Under the pieces are notes generated by a model. That model was not told the DNA's origin. It did not search any database and worked only from the letters and a program-made list of their open reading frames with translations. Shown in pieces: positions 60,085 to 64,000 of a stretch of DNA of 64,000 nucleotides; positions within the stretch are counted from its first letter, which is position 1, and every line of letters begins with the position of its first letter. A program made the position numbers and the translations under genes. This stretch comes from Squalus acanthias (Eukaryota), in assembly GCA_030390025.1 (NCBI GenBank), contig CM059432.1:72046001-72110000 (forward strand), read 5' to 3'.

Positions 60085-61981
60085 CTAATCACCCTTGTGC
60101 AATCCCTTAGTGTCTGTCTTTTGTGTGCCCTTTCCTGATCTAGTGCTCCTACGCAGTGCTCCCCCAGTAGCTGCCGCATGGCTGGTGGAAGGCTGCTGAG
60201 TTTCCATGCAGGAGACGTCAGATGGTCTTGCGGGATGACCTCGACCAGCTCTGGCCCTAGAAGGCCCGGCTGTAGACTGCGCCACCTTGGCATGTGCGGC
60301 AGCAGTCTGGGCTGGCTGGCTGACAGGCAGCTGCAAGGGCAATGGTGGAGTGGCAGTGGTGGGAGTAGGAATGCTGTCATCCTGAGAGAGGACAGCAGGT
60401 TCCTGATCCATTGACCCACTGCCACTCACCAGGTGTGGTGCCTCAGCATTCCTAGCAATCTGTTGGAGCACAGATTGCTGTCCTGCTGCAACACCGTGCA
60501 AGCCCCGGTCGACGGTGGCAAGCCCAGCCATGATGGCAGCAGTCAGAGCTTGGGTGGCTTCAAGCTTAGATTGCATGAAAGCAGTCAGAGCTTGGATGCC
60601 ACCAAGCAGAGACTGCATGACAGCAGTCTGAGCTTCCGCTGCAGCACTAAGACTTTGGGTCGCTTCCACCTGTGCTGCAATGGAAGCTGCGACATCGCTC
60701 ATCAAGCACGCCATCACGTCTGGGTCGCCACGGTCTCTCTGGGAGTGTACCGTCATTTCTGACTGGAAATCCTTGGCTCCAGGCAATGTTGGCGGCGGAC
60801 TCCTCCATGCTCCTTGACATTGCCAAGAGGCACTCTGGCATGCTTGCCACTGCATCTATCACTTCCGTGTGGATGCTCATCACCCTTTTTCTGAAGGCCT
60901 CCCCATCAAGGTCCTCAACTGAGTCCTGTGCAGCAGAACTTGCACGTGAACTCGCCCTCCAGGGAGCTGGCTCCCAAGCTACCCTTTCCCCCTGGCCTTG
61001 CTGCAGCTCACTCGTGCCCGGTGCCTCACCCTGTGCAGATCCCACTACTACACTAGCCTCTAAAGAAGGCGTAGTGCCAGTATCTGAGTTGGTGTCTGCG
61101 AGTGGAAGCTCCAGTGAAGCGGTGTCATCGTCACCCTCCTCTTCTCCCCTTCGCTCTCTGCGGTGCCCTCGGGGACAGGCTGCTCGGTGCTTGCTGATTA
61201 TCTGAAAGCAGAGAGGCAGGTTACGGTGAGGGGAGCGGGGATGCGAGAAGGCAGAAATGCATGCATACAGCATGAGTAGCTTGAAAGTGAGAAAAGATTA
61301 TGGGCCGAGGGGGAAGTGGGATTTGAGAAGAACGAGTAGGAATGAACCTACCGTTGTTGTCCCCAAGGGGGTCAACATTGCCGGTGGCCACGGTGCCCAC
61401 GATCTGGCGCCCAATGATCTCCAGCGTTCGACTCTCCAGCTGGCTCAGCTCTTCAACGTCTGCCTGGCCCTGCCTGTCTGGTCCTGCTCCCGTCGATTGT
61501 GAGCGACCTTAGCCTACAAGAGCAAAGGAAGTGTGTTAGTGAGTGTGGTGCAATGTGTTTGGGTGATGTGCTTGCCATAGTTGAGTAGCTGTCATTGTGT
61601 GCAAGGTGTGAGATGTGGGTGTGAGTGTTGATAGGTAGAGATTGTTGGTGGGTGAGTGCTGGGGGTGTGGTGCATTGAGCAGCGTGTGAAGATTGTGGTA
61701 CAGATGTTGGTATGTAGCATTTGTTGAAGCCTTCACTCACCCTGACCACCCGTGTGAGCTCGTTAAATTTCTTTCTGCACTGGGTGTGGGTCCTGGGGAC
61801 CCCAGTGCTGCCCATGACATGGTCTGCTATCTCCCTCCACAGTGTGGCCGACTTGTGGCAAGGGCCTCCTGCCAGTTGGCAGGTACAGGACCACCCACCT
61901 TCTCTCCACCGTGAAAACCAATGCCTCCCAAGCATCATCCGAGAACCTACGGGCTCTCTCCCTCCATCTCCAGTCTGCCAT
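60085..61981 (-). pseudogene. Harbinger Myb/SANT-like pseudogene
   Basis: MADWRWRERARRFSDDAWEALV, QCRKKFNEL and a C-terminal QQPSTSHAAAT..LRRSTR, with frameshifts. Confidence 0.85.
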
Positions 61982-62761
61982 GGCTCCTACGGATGTCTTC
62001 TAACTAGTGTTTGCTTTGCTGGTGGGGCAGCTGCACACCCAACAATCCTGAGAAAGGGGTGCTGCAGCATCAATGAACCTCCCCATTAAGTAGTAGAAAA
62101 AGCCTGTGGCAATCATGACTTGCAATTAAACTGCCCCCGATATTCATCCAGCTTTTCAGTGTAATGCCAATCAGCTTGAGTTTTTAAACCAGAATCATGA
62201 CTGCAATCATGTTAATGAGGCATCAGCATGACTATTGCGTACAGCCTAAATGATTTTCAGGTGGCGCAGCTTAACCTTTTTTAGTCTAAACACTGCCCAT
62301 TTGTTGGCTATAACGAATTTCTTGCCCATATATTTTACTGGAAGAACATTGACTACAGAAATTAGGCAATTCTGAATGTGTAACACATTTCTCTTAACTT
62401 CAATGATATCGATACCATAAATTGTAAACTGTATAGGCCCGTGAATGCAGTACATTAGGAAAAAATGAATTTCATAACAGCTAACTGGATCTAGCAAAAC
62501 AACACTTGTTCAAAACATACCACTGTAAGAGCTTGTACAGATTATTTTCGAATTGTCGCAAAAAAATTTCTCCAGGTACCCCATGACTTAATTGGTAATG
62601 CATTATATGGGGTGGTACTGAGGCACATAAATCAGTAGGATCTAGAGTTGCCAACCCTCCTGGATTGTGCAGGAGTCTCCTGGAATGGAAAATTGATCTT
62701 CCGGGTACTGTTGCTAGCAACCCAGAAGAAGCATCAGCGATTCGCGCCTGCACAACTGTAT

Positions 62762-63292
62762 GGGGGAAAAATTGGGTTGGTTTGCACCTCTCGCTAGTGC
62801 CCACAGGGGGTGCTAATGGGGCGCAAATCCCCTAGCGCCTGGGCATGGCGTTGCTAACACCTCCTGACAAATTCAGCGGGAGGTTAGCGGCGGCGGTAGC
62901 CAGTAGCACCCCGTGCCACTGCGCCGCTGGTGATGACGTCATTGCCATGTGCAGCGCCCCACTCACGCCCCGGCTGCAAACTTCCCTTGCGCCTCCTGAC
63001 CTATCGCCGGACGATATGTGCACCAGGATCAGGGGGCGGTTTGGCAGCAGCAGCGGTGCAAGTTAAAGGGAAGGTGTCAGGCGGCCATTTTTATTTTGGC
63101 CGACTGCCAGCACCTGCCCCCTTTCGCTTTGTATGCGGGGTGCAGACTGCGAGTGCTTTCCAGTAGCGCCCCACCTCCTGCTTGGGGCGCTACTACTGAA
63201 TTTACGGCGGAGGGCTAACTTTGTCAGGGCGCTAAAATTGGCGCCCCGGCGACGTTAGCGCCCCAAAATGGGCACCCCCCAATTTTTCCCCC
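62762..63292. mobile_element. Harbinger MITE (531 bp)
   Basis: Perfect TIR GGGGGAAAAATT/AATTTTTCCCCC, TAT TSD and subterminal (T)AGCGCC repeats. Confidence 0.92.
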
Positions 63293-64000
63293 TATATGTC
63301 TTGCATGAGAGCTGCTGCCGCAAATGTTGAACCCCTTCCCGCTTACGCCCCCACCATCATACCTGGAACCTGCCTCCCTGATGCTCGAGGCTCCACCTGC
63401 AACTCTCTGTCTTTGGCTGCCAGATATTCGCTGGCTAACATTTTAATAAAGTCTGGAATTTCCTGGTAGTTCCGCCCCGTCGCCATAACTACATTACAGG
63501 TGAGGTCCAGCCACACATCCAGTGAAGTACCGTGGCGGACAGAGCAGGACAAGCTAACCATGAGGATATTCCTATTCAACTGTGTTCAAAAGTGCGCCCT
63601 GCAATTTCTGCAATTGGTAAGCAAAATTACTGAGAAATGTCTGTGGGCTCATTATCCTCTACATTATGTAAGGTCTGCCGATCATGGATTGTGTACTGCT
63701 CATTCTTGTTTTTAAATGAATACTCTAAGGTACCGAGCAAATGTTTTCAATACTCCATTACCCTCTCCATCCTGAAAAGTTGGAAAACATGCAACTTTGA
63801 TTTACACTACATATTTGCATTTCACAACAGCATTTTAAAAGGTGTGTTGTAAGTTACGGGTATCTGGATATAGGGTTGCCAACCCACCCAAATTGCCTGG
63901 GTGTCTCTCAGAATGGAAGATGACCGGATGACTTTTCTCCTTTGAGTGCTGCCAACCTTTTGGGTACCTACTCTTTATCTATTTTTTATCCTATTCAATT

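Larger units (their letters stand above)
58330..62327. mobile_element. Full-length but decayed Harbinger
   Basis: GGGGGAGAAATT / AATTTCTTGCCC ends. Contains a transposase (+) and a 3-exon Myb-like gene (-), both frameshifted. Confidence 0.9.

Overview
Vertebrate genomic DNA, most likely from a shark or other cartilaginous fish. This is inferred from an HE1-like V-SINE carrying a CR1 tail, Deu-domain SINEs and the CR1/L2 LINE content. The window is almost entirely transposable elements, and I could not support any host protein-coding exon. PIF/Harbinger DNA transposons dominate. They include one apparently intact autonomous element (37996-42102: perfect 12-bp TIRs, TAA TSD, 386-aa DDE transposase and a convergent 3-exon Myb/SANT-like gene), several decayed two-gene elements, two 'Myb-only' elements and many non-autonomous derivatives. 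A 12.5-kb nested insertion (L2 > CR1 > Harbingers > Harbinger) ends in a run of Harbinger elements separated by an identical 11-bp spacer that appears to derive from the CR1 3' microsatellite tail. Also present are a Ty3/Gypsy element with an uninterrupted 1307-codon gag-pol frame but no 5' LTR, tandem Tx1-like 3' ends inside a Harbinger, and many CR1, L2 and SINE fragments. Coordinates were read by eye and family names come from motif recognition, not database searches.
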